Part shown: positions 8,265-17,260 of the stretch, one piece after another
Position numbering within the stretch: the stretch's first letter is position 1
Layout of the letters: each line of letters starts with the position of its first letter
Source: a virus
Virus record (IMG/VR): IMGVR_UViG_3300032116_000013
Span: 1 to 64,000 of that record
Reading direction: 5' to 3' (one strand)
DNA length: 64,000 nucleotides
Position numbers and translations under genes: made by a program
Notes under the pieces: model-generated
Told to the model about the DNA's origin: nothing
The model's input: only the letters and a program-made list of their open reading frames with translations
Databases searched by the model: none

Positions 8265-8356
8265 TGCGTGACGCATACGATGCTGTTGTTTGGTTTGCTG
8301 CGGGATTTGTTTTTGCTTCTGTCCTGTGGTTTGTTTTTATTGAGTTTGGAGTTTAA
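8264..8356 (+). CDS. 30-aa membrane peptide
   Basis: MRDAYDAVVWFAAGFVFASVLWFVFIEFGV; TAATG coupling. Confidence 0.5.
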   Translation: MRDAYDAVVWFAAGFVFASVLWFVFIEFGV

Positions 8357-8361
8357 TTCAT

Positions 8362-8496
8362 ATGGAACTTTTTCTTTTTGGGTTTTTCATTTTTCTAATT
8401 GTAGTATTTGCAATTATTCATCTTGTTGTTGATATTATTTCGTTTCTTTGGGTTTGGTCGATTCCCATTTTGTTGTTTTTAATTTTTGTTCTTTAA
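8362..8496 (+). CDS. 44-aa hydrophobic membrane peptide
   Basis: MELFLFGFFIFLIVVFAIIHLVVDIISFLWVWSIPILLFLIFVL; GGAG SD. Confidence 0.55.
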   Translation: MELFLFGFFIFLIVVFAIIHLVVDIISFLWVWSIPILLFLIFVL

Positions 8497-8509
8497 GAGG
8501 GTTATAATT

Positions 8510-8599
8510 ATGACTGATCCACTTATTGCTTTTGCTCTTGGTTTTCTCATGGGTCTTGTGCTTGGCGTTCTGATTACGATTCGTCTTCCGAGGGTCTAA
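8510..8599 (+). CDS. 29-aa membrane peptide
   Basis: MTDPLIAFALGFLMGLVLGVLITIRLPRV; GAGG SD. Confidence 0.55.
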   Translation: MTDPLIAFALGFLMGLVLGVLITIRLPRV

Positions 8600-8600
8600 A

Positions 8601-8822
8601 ATGACAGTCACCTATCGCAGTTCAGTTCTTGCGCCGAAGCCGCGAGTAACTTTTGATCCTAGCAATAACAAGCACATGCTTGATTTTGCTCGGTTTGTCA
8701 AGTATAATAACTGGAAGAATGGTTGCGCATATTATCTTGAAGATCCATATGGTGATATTCCTTCGATGATCCGCGCAAAAATTGCTGACTACACTCTTTC
8801 TAAACTTGTAGAGAAGGTCTAA
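8601..8822 (+). CDS. hypothetical protein
   Basis: 73 aa, GAGG SD. Confidence 0.65.
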   Translation: MTVTYRSSVLAPKPRVTFDPSNNKHMLDFARFVKYNNWKNGCAYYLEDPYGDIPSMIRAKIADYTLSKLVEKV

Positions 8823-9142
8823 TGCTTGTATATTGTGCCTCGCGCTTCAAGCCCAAGAAGAAGCGCAAGCCCAAGGGTGTGATTGCGCAGAAGTATCGCA
8901 CTTCTAGCGCAATTCTTGGCGTTGAGAAACTGCCTTCGCTTTCCTACGGTCCTCGTGCTGGTGCTGATTCTGCTCGCAGCATTTCTTCTCTCAAGACAGA
9001 AGCATCATACACTGAGAAACGCGAAAGTCTCAAATACACTGGCACGTTGGTCAAGGGTATTGCCACAATGCATAAGAGCAACGCTGTTCCTGTGATTGAC
9101 GAAGAGCAGATGAAAGATATTTCACGGATGCGTCGAGGTTGA
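8822..9142 (+). CDS. conserved T4-like hypothetical protein
   Basis: basic; YTG..VKGIATMHKSNAVPV motif recalled from many T4-like phages. Confidence 0.75.
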   Translation: MLVYCASRFKPKKKRKPKGVIAQKYRTSSAILGVEKLPSLSYGPRAGADSARSISSLKTEASYTEKRESLKYTGTLVKGIATMHKSNAVPVIDEEQMKDISRMRRG

Positions 9143-9143
9143 T

Positions 9144-9296
9144 GTGAAAAATATTCTTGCGCATGTGTTGTATTATTTGGGTCACTTTGTCAGCAAGTTT
9201 CTTACAATTACAAGAGGTTATGCTTATCCTCTTTACTGTAAGTTAATGTTGTGGAGTTTTGATCTGGATACACAAGGTAAAATTTGGAAAAGATGA
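9144..9296 (+). CDS. small hypothetical protein
   Basis: 50 aa from GTG, GAGG SD. Confidence 0.5.
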   Translation: MKNILAHVLYYLGHFVSKFLTITRGYAYPLYCKLMLWSFDLDTQGKIWKR

Positions 9297-9297
9297 T

Positions 9298-9882
9298 ATG
9301 AATATGTTTATCAAGACTCCTGAAGATGGTTTTCATTTTAGCAGTGATGGAATTGCTATTATTGAGAAACAATATGGCGCCAAGTACATGGGATACTGGG
9401 CAATCCTACGGAAGTCTGGTTGGTCAGACACACCTGTTGATGTTTTCTATCAACCGAATGCCGATGCGAGCAAAGGTCATTCAAACTACTTTGGAATGTT
9501 TCGTCCCTACAAAGGACAAGTAATGATCACTGATGCTGCAAGTGCATTCAGCGAACCGATCACTGGTTTATTGACTGATGATGGTGAGGTGATTGTCAGT
9601 CGCTATCGTCATGATTGTGTTGTCAAAGGACAATACATGATTGATGGTGGTCGTGATTATTTGCGAACCAGTGGTAATGCTGATAGTGCGCTAGTGAAAA
9701 TTACTGTTGTGAATGGTGAATTCGTTTTTGATGAATACAAGTCGCAATCACAGGATCAACCGATTGGTGAGGCGTTGCGCGAGGTGTTGACTATTGACGC
9801 CAAAAACCAAAATGTCGGTTTGTTTGTTGAGCCTCCCAATAAGAAACTTGAAGTAGTATCGAAACAGGAGCAACCGAAATGA
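9298..9882 (+). CDS. phage hypothetical protein (IDGGRDY motif)
   Basis: VSRYRHDC...MIDGGRDYLR motif common in phage hypotheticals. Confidence 0.7.
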   Translation: MNMFIKTPEDGFHFSSDGIAIIEKQYGAKYMGYWAILRKSGWSDTPVDVFYQPNADASKGHSNYFGMFRPYKGQVMITDAASAFSEPITGLLTDDGEVIVSRYRHDCVVKGQYMIDGGRDYLRTSGNADSALVKITVVNGEFVFDEYKSQSQDQPIGEALREVLTIDAKNQNVGLFVEPPNKKLEVVSKQEQPK

Positions 9883-10280
9883 CAACTTTACGAGAAGCCG
9901 CACAGCAGGCGTTGGAGGCGTTACAGGCTCATGGTAGCCACGCTCCAAACTGTGATTATCTTGTGCTGCTGACATCATTGCCTCCGCAACGCAAACCGTG
10001 TTCGTGTGGGCTTGGTGCCAACATCACTGCCCTCCGCGCCGCGCTGGCAGAGCCAAACCACGACTACGAGCGTGGGTTCGTTGGTGGCATGAGTGAGCAA
10101 GTACGGCGCGACGTAGAAAGGGACGTAATGGCATCGCTTGAACGCTTCTACGCTATTGCCGTAACAACCGAGCGGGAGGCGTGTGCGAAGGTGTGCGAGG
10201 AAACCCGCTTTCCAGACAGTTACACAGCCATACGATGCGCCGCCGCGATTCGGGCAAGAGGCGAACAGAAGCAGCCGTGA
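9879..10280 (+). CDS. phage hypothetical protein (GC-rich)
   Basis: MTTLREAAQQALEAL...EREACAKVCE motifs. Confidence 0.7.
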   Translation: MTTLREAAQQALEALQAHGSHAPNCDYLVLLTSLPPQRKPCSCGLGANITALRAALAEPNHDYERGFVGGMSEQVRRDVERDVMASLERFYAIAVTTEREACAKVCEETRFPDSYTAIRCAAAIRARGEQKQP

Positions 10281-10405
10281 TGAGAAAGTTTAATGTATCG
10301 TGGGTGAAGCAATGGTCTTTTGGATCAACTGTACGATTCAACAATGGCAATCCTTATCGTGATATTCGCATCGGACCAATCATGATTCGATATTTTTGGA
10401 GTTAA
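10280..10405 (+). CDS. small hypothetical protein
   Basis: 41 aa MRKFNVSWVKQWSFG... Confidence 0.5.
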   Translation: MRKFNVSWVKQWSFGSTVRFNNGNPYRDIRIGPIMIRYFWS

Positions 10406-10408
10406 AAA

Positions 10409-10552
10409 ATTAGATTTTCAAAAGAAATAATTTGGCATTTCACCTGCGACCAATGTAAGAATTGGTGGAGCATTGCAGCATCTGATGATTGGCAACCGAA
10501 GAAACTTTTTTGCCCGCACTGTGGGCATGAACATCATTATGGAGTTGAGTGA
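10409..10552 (+). CDS. zinc-ribbon protein with probable AUU start
   Basis: IRFSKEIIWHFTCDQCKNWWSIA...FCPHCGH; no ATG/GTG/TTG after in-frame TAA at 10403; GGAG SD 7 nt before ATT. Confidence 0.6.
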   Translation: MRFSKEIIWHFTCDQCKNWWSIAASDDWQPKKLFCPHCGHEHHYGVE

Positions 10553-10845
10553 TGCCTATTCGTTACAGCACCAACTGGATGGGACCAATCAATATGGATT
10601 GGATAGAAAAGAACGGCAGTGATTGGGCTGGCGGTCGAATTGACATGCACGGCGGTGATTGGAGTTACCCAGAAGAAATTGGTTTGCCCATGATGAAGCA
10701 AGAAGATTTTAACAAATTCAGTAACTGGCTGGATACTATTGAGACTGATGATGTGTGGACATTACAGCAATTGGTTGAACAATACGAAAAAACAAATTCG
10801 AAAATCGTTTGGCATACAACACCAAAGTGGGAGATGGACAAATGA
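10552..10845 (+). CDS. hypothetical protein
   Basis: 97-aa ORF coupled to upstream stop. Confidence 0.65.
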   Translation: MPIRYSTNWMGPINMDWIEKNGSDWAGGRIDMHGGDWSYPEEIGLPMMKQEDFNKFSNWLDTIETDDVWTLQQLVEQYEKTNSKIVWHTTPKWEMDK

Positions 10846-11066
10846 ACAAGAAGATTACAGTTGAACTTGATTGGGATACAATTGACAAGATTACAACTTG
10901 TTCGATGAAAAGTCTTGTTGAGAGTCTTGAAGACGATCTCGAAAAACGCAAGGCTGGAATTGGCATGGCAATCTTTGATAAAAATAAAAAGAAAGACATT
11001 GCTGAGATTCAGCGACACATTGATGCATTCAAGACTGTGTTGAAGTATTATGGAGAAGATAGATGA
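10842..11066 (+). CDS. hypothetical protein
   Basis: 74 aa from ATG 10842. Confidence 0.6.
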   Translation: MNKKITVELDWDTIDKITTCSMKSLVESLEDDLEKRKAGIGMAIFDKNKKKDIAEIQRHIDAFKTVLKYYGEDR

Positions 11067-11416
11067 GTGAAGTAAAAGCATGTCGTGAAAAAGAATGGTG
11101 GGAACACTATCCGCTACACAAGTGGTGGTGCAATGATCTCTGTCCGTTAGTTCCAAGGTTTCATTATTGGGAAGGCGATGAGTATAATGCTAACAAATTC
11201 AGCACTCATTGGTTGTTCTTTCATGTTTGGTCGTTGGAGAATTTCTCTTTTGGCGTAGATGCTGAAATCTCTTTTAATGAAGTTTATGTCGGAGCACACG
11301 TGCCTTATCTCAGAATTACTATTGGCATTCGAAGTTATTATACTGGATGGACTTGGAAGTTGACGCGATTCTTTCAGCGAAAGCCAGCAATGATGAAGGA
11401 TCCAGATTATGAGTGA
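11063..11416 (+). CDS. hypothetical protein (Trp-rich)
   Basis: 117-aa coupled ORF. Confidence 0.6.
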   Translation: MSEVKACREKEWWEHYPLHKWWCNDLCPLVPRFHYWEGDEYNANKFSTHWLFFHVWSLENFSFGVDAEISFNEVYVGAHVPYLRITIGIRSYYTGWTWKLTRFFQRKPAMMKDPDYE

Positions 11417-11606
11417 AGAAGAATACGATGTTGTTCTTGATGTGCTGCAAAAGCATCATGACAAACTTTGGGAAATGACGAAACGAAACATGGAATCTGA
11501 GTTTCTTGGAATGGGCATCATGGATGACATTCGATTACAACAAATGGCTGAAATCAAGGAAGCGATTCGTTGGTGGAAGGAACGAAAGGAGATGCTTGGG
11601 AAATGA
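11409..11606 (+). CDS. hypothetical protein
   Basis: 65-aa coupled ORF. Confidence 0.6.
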   Translation: MSEEEYDVVLDVLQKHHDKLWEMTKRNMESEFLGMGIMDDIRLQQMAEIKEAIRWWKERKEMLGK

Positions 11607-11782
11607 AAGCAAAAGAATATAATCTAATTGCTCAGTGTGTTGAGACTGGCGTAATGGTTGGCTGGAATCGGGCACATGAACACACCGAAACCCCAGAGCC
11701 GTATTATATCCACAAACATATTCAAGAAGCAGTATTAAATCAGATTTGTCATTGGTTTGACTTTGAGGAAGTGAAAGAATGA
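11603..11782 (+). CDS. hypothetical protein
   Basis: 59 aa MKAKEYNLIAQCVETGVMVGWNRAH... Confidence 0.6.
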   Translation: MKAKEYNLIAQCVETGVMVGWNRAHEHTETPEPYYIHKHIQEAVLNQICHWFDFEEVKE

Positions 11783-11979
11783 CACTTATAGAAACATTTG
11801 TTCTTGCGACAATCGCATTGACAGCGATATCATCCGTTTACCTGTTCGTCTATCGCAAGGATCAGTTTATCCTTTATTCGTTCACTTGGACATACCTTTG
11901 GATGACCTTGACTTTTGCTATTAATTCACTTATAATACCCTTTGGCGTTGCTCTTTATATCTTGGAGAAATTTGTATGA
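11779..11979 (+). CDS. small membrane protein
   Basis: two hydrophobic segments. Confidence 0.6.
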   Translation: MTLIETFVLATIALTAISSVYLFVYRKDQFILYSFTWTYLWMTLTFAINSLIIPFGVALYILEKFV

Positions 11980-12278
11980 ACAACGAATTTGATGATATTG
12001 ATGACAAGTATGGTTTTGTCAAGAGTTCCTATGATCAGTTTGATTTTGAACAACAGATTATGGAATGCTGGCGCGTGACCAATGATCTTGAAGCCGTGTC
12101 TGAATACGTTATGGAAACCGATTCAAGTTTGCCTGAGTACAAGGACACCGTTGCTAACATGCTGATTGGTCTAGAAGCACTATATAATACAAAGTTCGAC
12201 AAATTGTTCCGCATGTTTGAATTGCAGAACCGCGAACGCTATGACTTGATGCGACGACTAAAGGATTTAGAACAGTGA
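11976..12278 (+). CDS. hypothetical protein
   Basis: DQFDFEQQIMECWRVTNDL motif; coupled ORF. Confidence 0.7.
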   Translation: MNNEFDDIDDKYGFVKSSYDQFDFEQQIMECWRVTNDLEAVSEYVMETDSSLPEYKDTVANMLIGLEALYNTKFDKLFRMFELQNRERYDLMRRLKDLEQ

Positions 12279-12769
12279 AGATTAGTATTGGCAATTATCC
12301 CAAAGATCCGAAAAAGACTCAAAAGAAGTCTATTCAGATTGACCCATGGGATACTTGGAACATGGCGCATACCCTTGCTGACATCATTCATCCGATGCTC
12401 AAGCAGTTGAAGAAAACGCAAATGGGCGCACCCTACACCGAAGATGAAGATGTTCCTGAGCATCTTCGTTCTACTGCAGCCAAGCCAAAGAAGAACGAAT
12501 GGGACACCGATGAATTTCACTTCAAGCGTTGGAACTGGATCCTTGGCGAAATGATTTGGGCATTCAACGAACTTGCCAAAGATCGTGATCCTGACTTTTG
12601 CATTGTCAAACCAAAATTCGAATGGCGAAAGGTAGAAGGTAAGGACTGGGCTGAAATGGTTACCATTCGCGAAGGTGTTTATGACATCGAAAAGCAGAAA
12701 GCATATCACGAGCGCAAAAAGAATGCCTTTCGTTTGTTTGGAAAATATTTTGAAAATCTCTGGGACTAA
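12275..12769 (+). CDS. hypothetical protein
   Basis: 164 aa from GTG; DPWDTWNM...LFGKYFENLWD. Confidence 0.7.
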   Translation: MKISIGNYPKDPKKTQKKSIQIDPWDTWNMAHTLADIIHPMLKQLKKTQMGAPYTEDEDVPEHLRSTAAKPKKNEWDTDEFHFKRWNWILGEMIWAFNELAKDRDPDFCIVKPKFEWRKVEGKDWAEMVTIREGVYDIEKQKAYHERKKNAFRLFGKYFENLWD

Positions 12770-12771
12770 TA

Positions 12772-13524
12772 ATGATAAGAAACCTAGATCTTGTTGGTTT
12801 GCGAGAGCAATTCAACTCAGCAAAACCATTTGATCACGTTGTCATTGATGACTTCTTCGAATTAGAAGTTGCGGAGGCGATCAAAAACGAATTCCCTTCG
12901 CATGAAGATCCCGTCTGGACTGTTTCCTATGACAATCCAGTAGAAAAGAAAAAAGCCTGTTCTCATTGGGATAGGTTCCCAAAGTCCATTTATAATGCAA
13001 TATTTTATCTTTGCAGTAATGCCTTTGTAGAAAAGATCAATAGGATTACTGGTAATGATGTGGTGTATGCAGACTACGGTTTACATGGCGGCGGAATGCA
13101 TTCACACTGCAATGGTGGATTGCTGAACGTCCATAAGGATTACTCAATACATCCTAAACTTGGTCTGATGAGAAATTACAATCTCATTATTTACATGACG
13201 CCTGATTGGGATTCTTCATGGGGTGGTGGACTAGAACTTTGGAGCCACGACGAAGAAACTAACTTGCCGAAAGAATGCATTACAAAAGTTGAAAACAAAT
13301 TCAACCGAGCAATTCTTTTTGACACCACACAGAATTCCTGGCATGGTCTGCCCGAGCAACTGACTTGTCCTGAAAATGTTTCGCGTTGCAGTTTGGCTAC
13401 ATACTATGTAAGTGATATTTCTAACATGGCTGAAGATAGAAATCGCGCCTTGTTTGTTCCAAACCAAAAACAAAAAGGCGATTCAGAAGTTATTGAATTT
13501 TGTAAAAAAAGAAGTGGATTATAA
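12772..13524 (+). CDS. 2OG-Fe(II) oxygenase
   Basis: GGGMH...LNVHKD...WGGGLELW...FNRAILF...SWHG...RCSLA. Confidence 0.85.
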   Translation: MIRNLDLVGLREQFNSAKPFDHVVIDDFFELEVAEAIKNEFPSHEDPVWTVSYDNPVEKKKACSHWDRFPKSIYNAIFYLCSNAFVEKINRITGNDVVYADYGLHGGGMHSHCNGGLLNVHKDYSIHPKLGLMRNYNLIIYMTPDWDSSWGGGLELWSHDEETNLPKECITKVENKFNRAILFDTTQNSWHGLPEQLTCPENVSRCSLATYYVSDISNMAEDRNRALFVPNQKQKGDSEVIEFCKKRSGL

Positions 13525-14237
13525 TGAAAGTTGCAGTAGTTACTCCAACAATAGGATCGCCTGATCTTAAAAAGTGTTTGTCTAGCGTACAAGAACAAAC
13601 ATATGAAAATCTAACTCATTACGTGTTTTTGGATGGACAAGAACACTATGATAAAATTCATCCGATGCTTTATGATGCAGCAGGCAAGCGAACAATTAAA
13701 ACTGTTCAGTTAGAAGATAACGTCGGCAAAGGCTGGTATGGTCATCGAGTATATGCTGCTTGTTCTTTCATTGTAAATGCCGATTTGATCATTTATCTAG
13801 ACCAAGATAACTGGATAGAACCTAATCATGTTGAGAGCCTAGTAGAATTAGTAGATAAAAATAATCTTTCTTGGGCATATAGCCTTCGCAAAATTTACGA
13901 TAAAGATGAGAATTTTATTTGTGAAGATAATTGCGAAAATTTAGGCAAGTGGCCAACTTGGTTTGATCACAGAGTTCATCACATAGATACCTCATGTTTT
14001 GCAGTAAAAACTGAAGTCGCAGTTCAAGTTGGACATTCTTGGTATGGAAAATGGGGAGCAGATAGAAAGTTTTTCTATACTCTTATGAATTACTTTAACA
14101 AATTTGAATGCAGTAAAAAGTACACCATGTGCTATAGATTGGGCGGAAATGAGGGATCTGTAAACAAAGAATTTTTCTTGGAAGGAAATGCCAAGATGAA
14201 TAAAATGTATAATGATAAGTTACCTTGGAGGGAATGA
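13524..14237 (+). CDS. glycosyltransferase family 2
   Basis: VAVVTPT...SVQEQTY...IYLDQDNW DxD region...IDTSC. Confidence 0.85.
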   Translation: MKVAVVTPTIGSPDLKKCLSSVQEQTYENLTHYVFLDGQEHYDKIHPMLYDAAGKRTIKTVQLEDNVGKGWYGHRVYAACSFIVNADLIIYLDQDNWIEPNHVESLVELVDKNNLSWAYSLRKIYDKDENFICEDNCENLGKWPTWFDHRVHHIDTSCFAVKTEVAVQVGHSWYGKWGADRKFFYTLMNYFNKFECSKKYTMCYRLGGNEGSVNKEFFLEGNAKMNKMYNDKLPWRE

Positions 14238-14983
14238 TGAAATTTTCTGTGATAGTTCCAACAATGTGGATGGCTAATGACTATTTTCTTCAGATGTTGA
14301 AGTTTATGGTCGGTAACGATGCAGTCGGCGAAATAATCATTATTGATAACAATTCTAAAGATAGACCGACAGATGAGAATTTAACAAATGAAAAAGTTAA
14401 AATTCTAGATTTCGGTAAGAATTTATTTTTCAATAAAAGTTTGAATGTTGGAGTAGAAAATTCTAAGTTTGAATTAATTTGTTTGTTAAATGACGATGTT
14501 ATTTTTGATCCTGCAATTTTTAGTTCTTTGGCTGACGCATATAAATCTGAACAATTTCCCAGAGAGTCAGTGGGTATGATCTACCCACATCCAGCATTTT
14601 TTAATAGAATGGAAGAAAATATAGAACTAATTCAAAAACTTGAAATGGTTCCCTGCCACGAGACTATAGATGGATATGGCTGCTGTATGTTTGTGCATAA
14701 AAATAATTATAAGCCTATCCCTGAAGAACTAGTGCAGCATTTTGGTGATGTTTGGTTCCATAAAAATCAAGAAATGAACGGCAGAACAAATTTTTGGCTA
14801 TACAATTGGGTAGTTATGACTGTAATGCGCGTTACAACTGAGAAGGTTCACGAGGCGCATCAAAAAATTATCGAAGATTGGAAAATAGCACAAGAAGTTT
14901 TTGCAAAACATGGAATTCAAATAGAAGATCATTCTAGAGATTTTCCAGTATTTAAAGCAGGTCTTCTAACAAGATTTAATTAA
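14234..14983 (+). CDS. glycosyltransferase family 2
   Basis: FSVIVPT...IIIDNNS...LNVGV...CLLNDDV. Confidence 0.8.
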   Translation: MMKFSVIVPTMWMANDYFLQMLKFMVGNDAVGEIIIIDNNSKDRPTDENLTNEKVKILDFGKNLFFNKSLNVGVENSKFELICLLNDDVIFDPAIFSSLADAYKSEQFPRESVGMIYPHPAFFNRMEENIELIQKLEMVPCHETIDGYGCCMFVHKNNYKPIPEELVQHFGDVWFHKNQEMNGRTNFWLYNWVVMTVMRVTTEKVHEAHQKIIEDWKIAQEVFAKHGIQIEDHSRDFPVFKAGLLTRFN

Positions 14984-14987
14984 TATC

Positions 14988-15713
14988 ATGAATGTTATAA
15001 TTCCAATGGCTGGCAGGGGCGTTAGATTCCAAAAAGAATACTCAACACCAAAGCCGCTGATAGATGTTAATGGGACTCCGATGGTTGTAAGAGCAATTAA
15101 TTCTCTTGGCATACCTCAATGTAATTACTTTTTTTTGATTCGTAAAGACGAGTATCAGCATGAAATAGAAAAGGTATTAAAATCAACTAAACCTGGCTGC
15201 GTTATAATTGCAATAGATTATGTGACTGAGGGACCAGCCATTTCTGCTCTTTTGTTTGAAGATTACATCAACAATGATGAAGAACTTATTGTTGCTAACT
15301 GCGATCAAATAATGGAATGGAATTCTTTTCAATTTTTGCACAATGCTCGCTGCGAAATTTATGATGGGCTAGTTGTAACATATTACTCAGATACTGATAA
15401 AAATAGTTACGCTAAACTAGATAGTAATGGTTATGTTTGCGAGATTCGTGAAAAAGAAGTTATAAGTAATATCAGCCTTAATGGTATTCATTATTGGAGG
15501 AAGGGTAAATACTTCGTCGAAAGTGCAAGGGATATGATTGTCGCTCAAGATAGAGCACCTAACGGCGAATTCTATATCGCTCCTTCATACAATTATATGA
15601 TTAAGCGTGGCTTAAAAGTTGGGATTCATCATATACCAAACGAACAACATCATGCAGTTGGTGTTCCAGTTGACTTGGATAGATTTTTAAGATATGATAA
15701 AGCGAAACATTAA
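14988..15713 (+). CDS. sugar-phosphate nucleotidyltransferase (NTP_transferase fold)
   Basis: IIPMAGRGVRF...PKPLIDV; ANCDQ; EKEVIS; NGEFY. Confidence 0.88.
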   Translation: MNVIIPMAGRGVRFQKEYSTPKPLIDVNGTPMVVRAINSLGIPQCNYFFLIRKDEYQHEIEKVLKSTKPGCVIIAIDYVTEGPAISALLFEDYINNDEELIVANCDQIMEWNSFQFLHNARCEIYDGLVVTYYSDTDKNSYAKLDSNGYVCEIREKEVISNISLNGIHYWRKGKYFVESARDMIVAQDRAPNGEFYIAPSYNYMIKRGLKVGIHHIPNEQHHAVGVPVDLDRFLRYDKAKH

Positions 15714-16017
15714 TGAATTTTGGCGTGGATGGTTCATTGGAAATTTTGAACCAAGCATATTAAAGACCTCAGAATTTGAGGTTGGTGTGTTGACTCATTT
15801 GAAAGGCGAAGTTTGGCCAAAACATTATCATGCAGTTGCAACTGAATATAATGTGCTGCTGTCAGGTAAGATGCGTATTTGTGGAGAAGTAATTGAATCT
15901 GGTGATGTTTTTGTGTTAGAGCCAAATGAAATTGCCAATCCAGAATTTTTAGAAGATTGTAAAGTATTGTGCGTTAAAACTCCTAGCGTGAAGGGTGATA
16001 AGTATGAAGTTTTTTAG
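15694..16017 (+). CDS. cupin-fold protein
   Basis: GWFIGNFEP...HYHAVATEYNVLLSGKM cupin metal motif. Confidence 0.8.
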   Translation: MIKRNINEFWRGWFIGNFEPSILKTSEFEVGVLTHLKGEVWPKHYHAVATEYNVLLSGKMRICGEVIESGDVFVLEPNEIANPEFLEDCKVLCVKTPSVKGDKYEVF

Positions 16018-17242
16018 AGAATTAACTCCAGCAGAACGAGATCGTTGTGTTGTAGTAACATACTACATTGAAACCTATAGCGAAATTGGCGATCTTAGAG
16101 ATGCCGCATGGAACCTTGCTATCGGACAGAGTGTGGGTAATCCCAAAGTCAGAAACCGTTGGGAAAGTGATGCGCTGTTTGAACTTGCTAGTTGTGTAAT
16201 CTATCATGATGAAAGTGAATTGGTTGGTAAACATTCTGGCGTAGTGCAGATTGGATTCCCCAAAGTAAATTCAGACTGGGAAGGCGACGGTATCAGCCAT
16301 CTCATGTGCCAGTTGATGGGCGGACAGATGGACATCGATGTATTCAAAGCCTGTCGCTTGAAGAAGATTGAATTCCCACCAGATGTAGAAGCCTACTTCC
16401 TTGGACCAAAGCGTGGTATCACAGGTATTAGAAAGTTTGTAAATCGTTATGACAAGCCTTTGTCAGGCGGCATTGTCAAACCCAAGACAGGTATTAGTCC
16501 TGCTACTTTGGCAGACATGGTTAAAGAACTACTGGATGGTGGTGTTGATTTTATCAAGGAAGATGAAATCCTTTCCAATCCCTCGTTCTGCCGTTTGGAA
16601 GATAGAGTTGAACTAATCAGCAATATCGTAAACAATTGCGGTCGTGGTGTAATCTACTGCTTCTGTATCAACGGTGATCATCACACTATTTTGGATCGCG
16701 CTAAGTTTGTAGCAGCCAACGGTGGTAATGGCATCCACATCAACTTCTGGAGTGGCTTGGGTGTATACAACTCAGTTCGCAAACTAGACTTGCCTTTGTT
16801 TGTACACTATCAAAAGAGTGGCGATAAGATTCTTACTGACAAGCGCAATCCTTTTGGTATTGATTGGGCTGTGCTCTGCGATCTCGCAGGACTATGTGGC
16901 GTGGATACAATCCATGCTGGAATGTGGGGTGGTTATCTCAGCGATGATATTGAGGAACTGCGAAATACGATGGAAGTGCTACACAAGCGCAACACTTTGC
17001 CAGCATTGAGTTGCGGTATGCATCCTGGAATTGTAAATCCAACTGCTGAGAAGTTTGGTACAGATTTTCTTGCTAACTGCGGTGGTGCCATTCACGGACA
17101 CCCAGGTGGTACACTAGCAGGTGCTCTTGCTATGCGTCAGGCTATTGACAAGACACCAGGACCAGAGTTTCGTGTTGCTATTGAAAAGTGGGGGTACAAG
17201 ACCGACGGTGGAAGTTTGCCTGAGTGGGTTTTAGAATTTTAA
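16004..17242 (+). CDS. RuBisCO-like protein (form IV-type, non-carboxylating)
   Basis: GGIVKPKTG, GGVDFIKEDE, DTIHAG, LSCGMHP, GGAIHGHPGG; several carboxylase residues substituted. Confidence 0.92.
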   Translation: MKFFRELTPAERDRCVVVTYYIETYSEIGDLRDAAWNLAIGQSVGNPKVRNRWESDALFELASCVIYHDESELVGKHSGVVQIGFPKVNSDWEGDGISHLMCQLMGGQMDIDVFKACRLKKIEFPPDVEAYFLGPKRGITGIRKFVNRYDKPLSGGIVKPKTGISPATLADMVKELLDGGVDFIKEDEILSNPSFCRLEDRVELISNIVNNCGRGVIYCFCINGDHHTILDRAKFVAANGGNGIHINFWSGLGVYNSVRKLDLPLFVHYQKSGDKILTDKRNPFGIDWAVLCDLAGLCGVDTIHAGMWGGYLSDDIEELRNTMEVLHKRNTLPALSCGMHPGIVNPTAEKFGTDFLANCGGAIHGHPGGTLAGALAMRQAIDKTPGPEFRVAIEKWGYKTDGGSLPEWVLEF

Positions 17243-17260
17243 TTTTCATCGGAGAATGCC

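Noticed and set aside
5803-14983. DNA hypermodification (TET/JBP + glycosyltransferase) system
   Set aside because: The oxygenases are prolyl-hydroxylase-like, and no hydroxymethylase or TET/JBP motif is seen; possible but unsupported here
16004-17242. Bona fide RuBisCO / carbon-fixation AMG
   Set aside because: E60, T65, N123, H294 and loop-6 K334 equivalents are substituted, and there is no PRK or small subunit; it is an RLP
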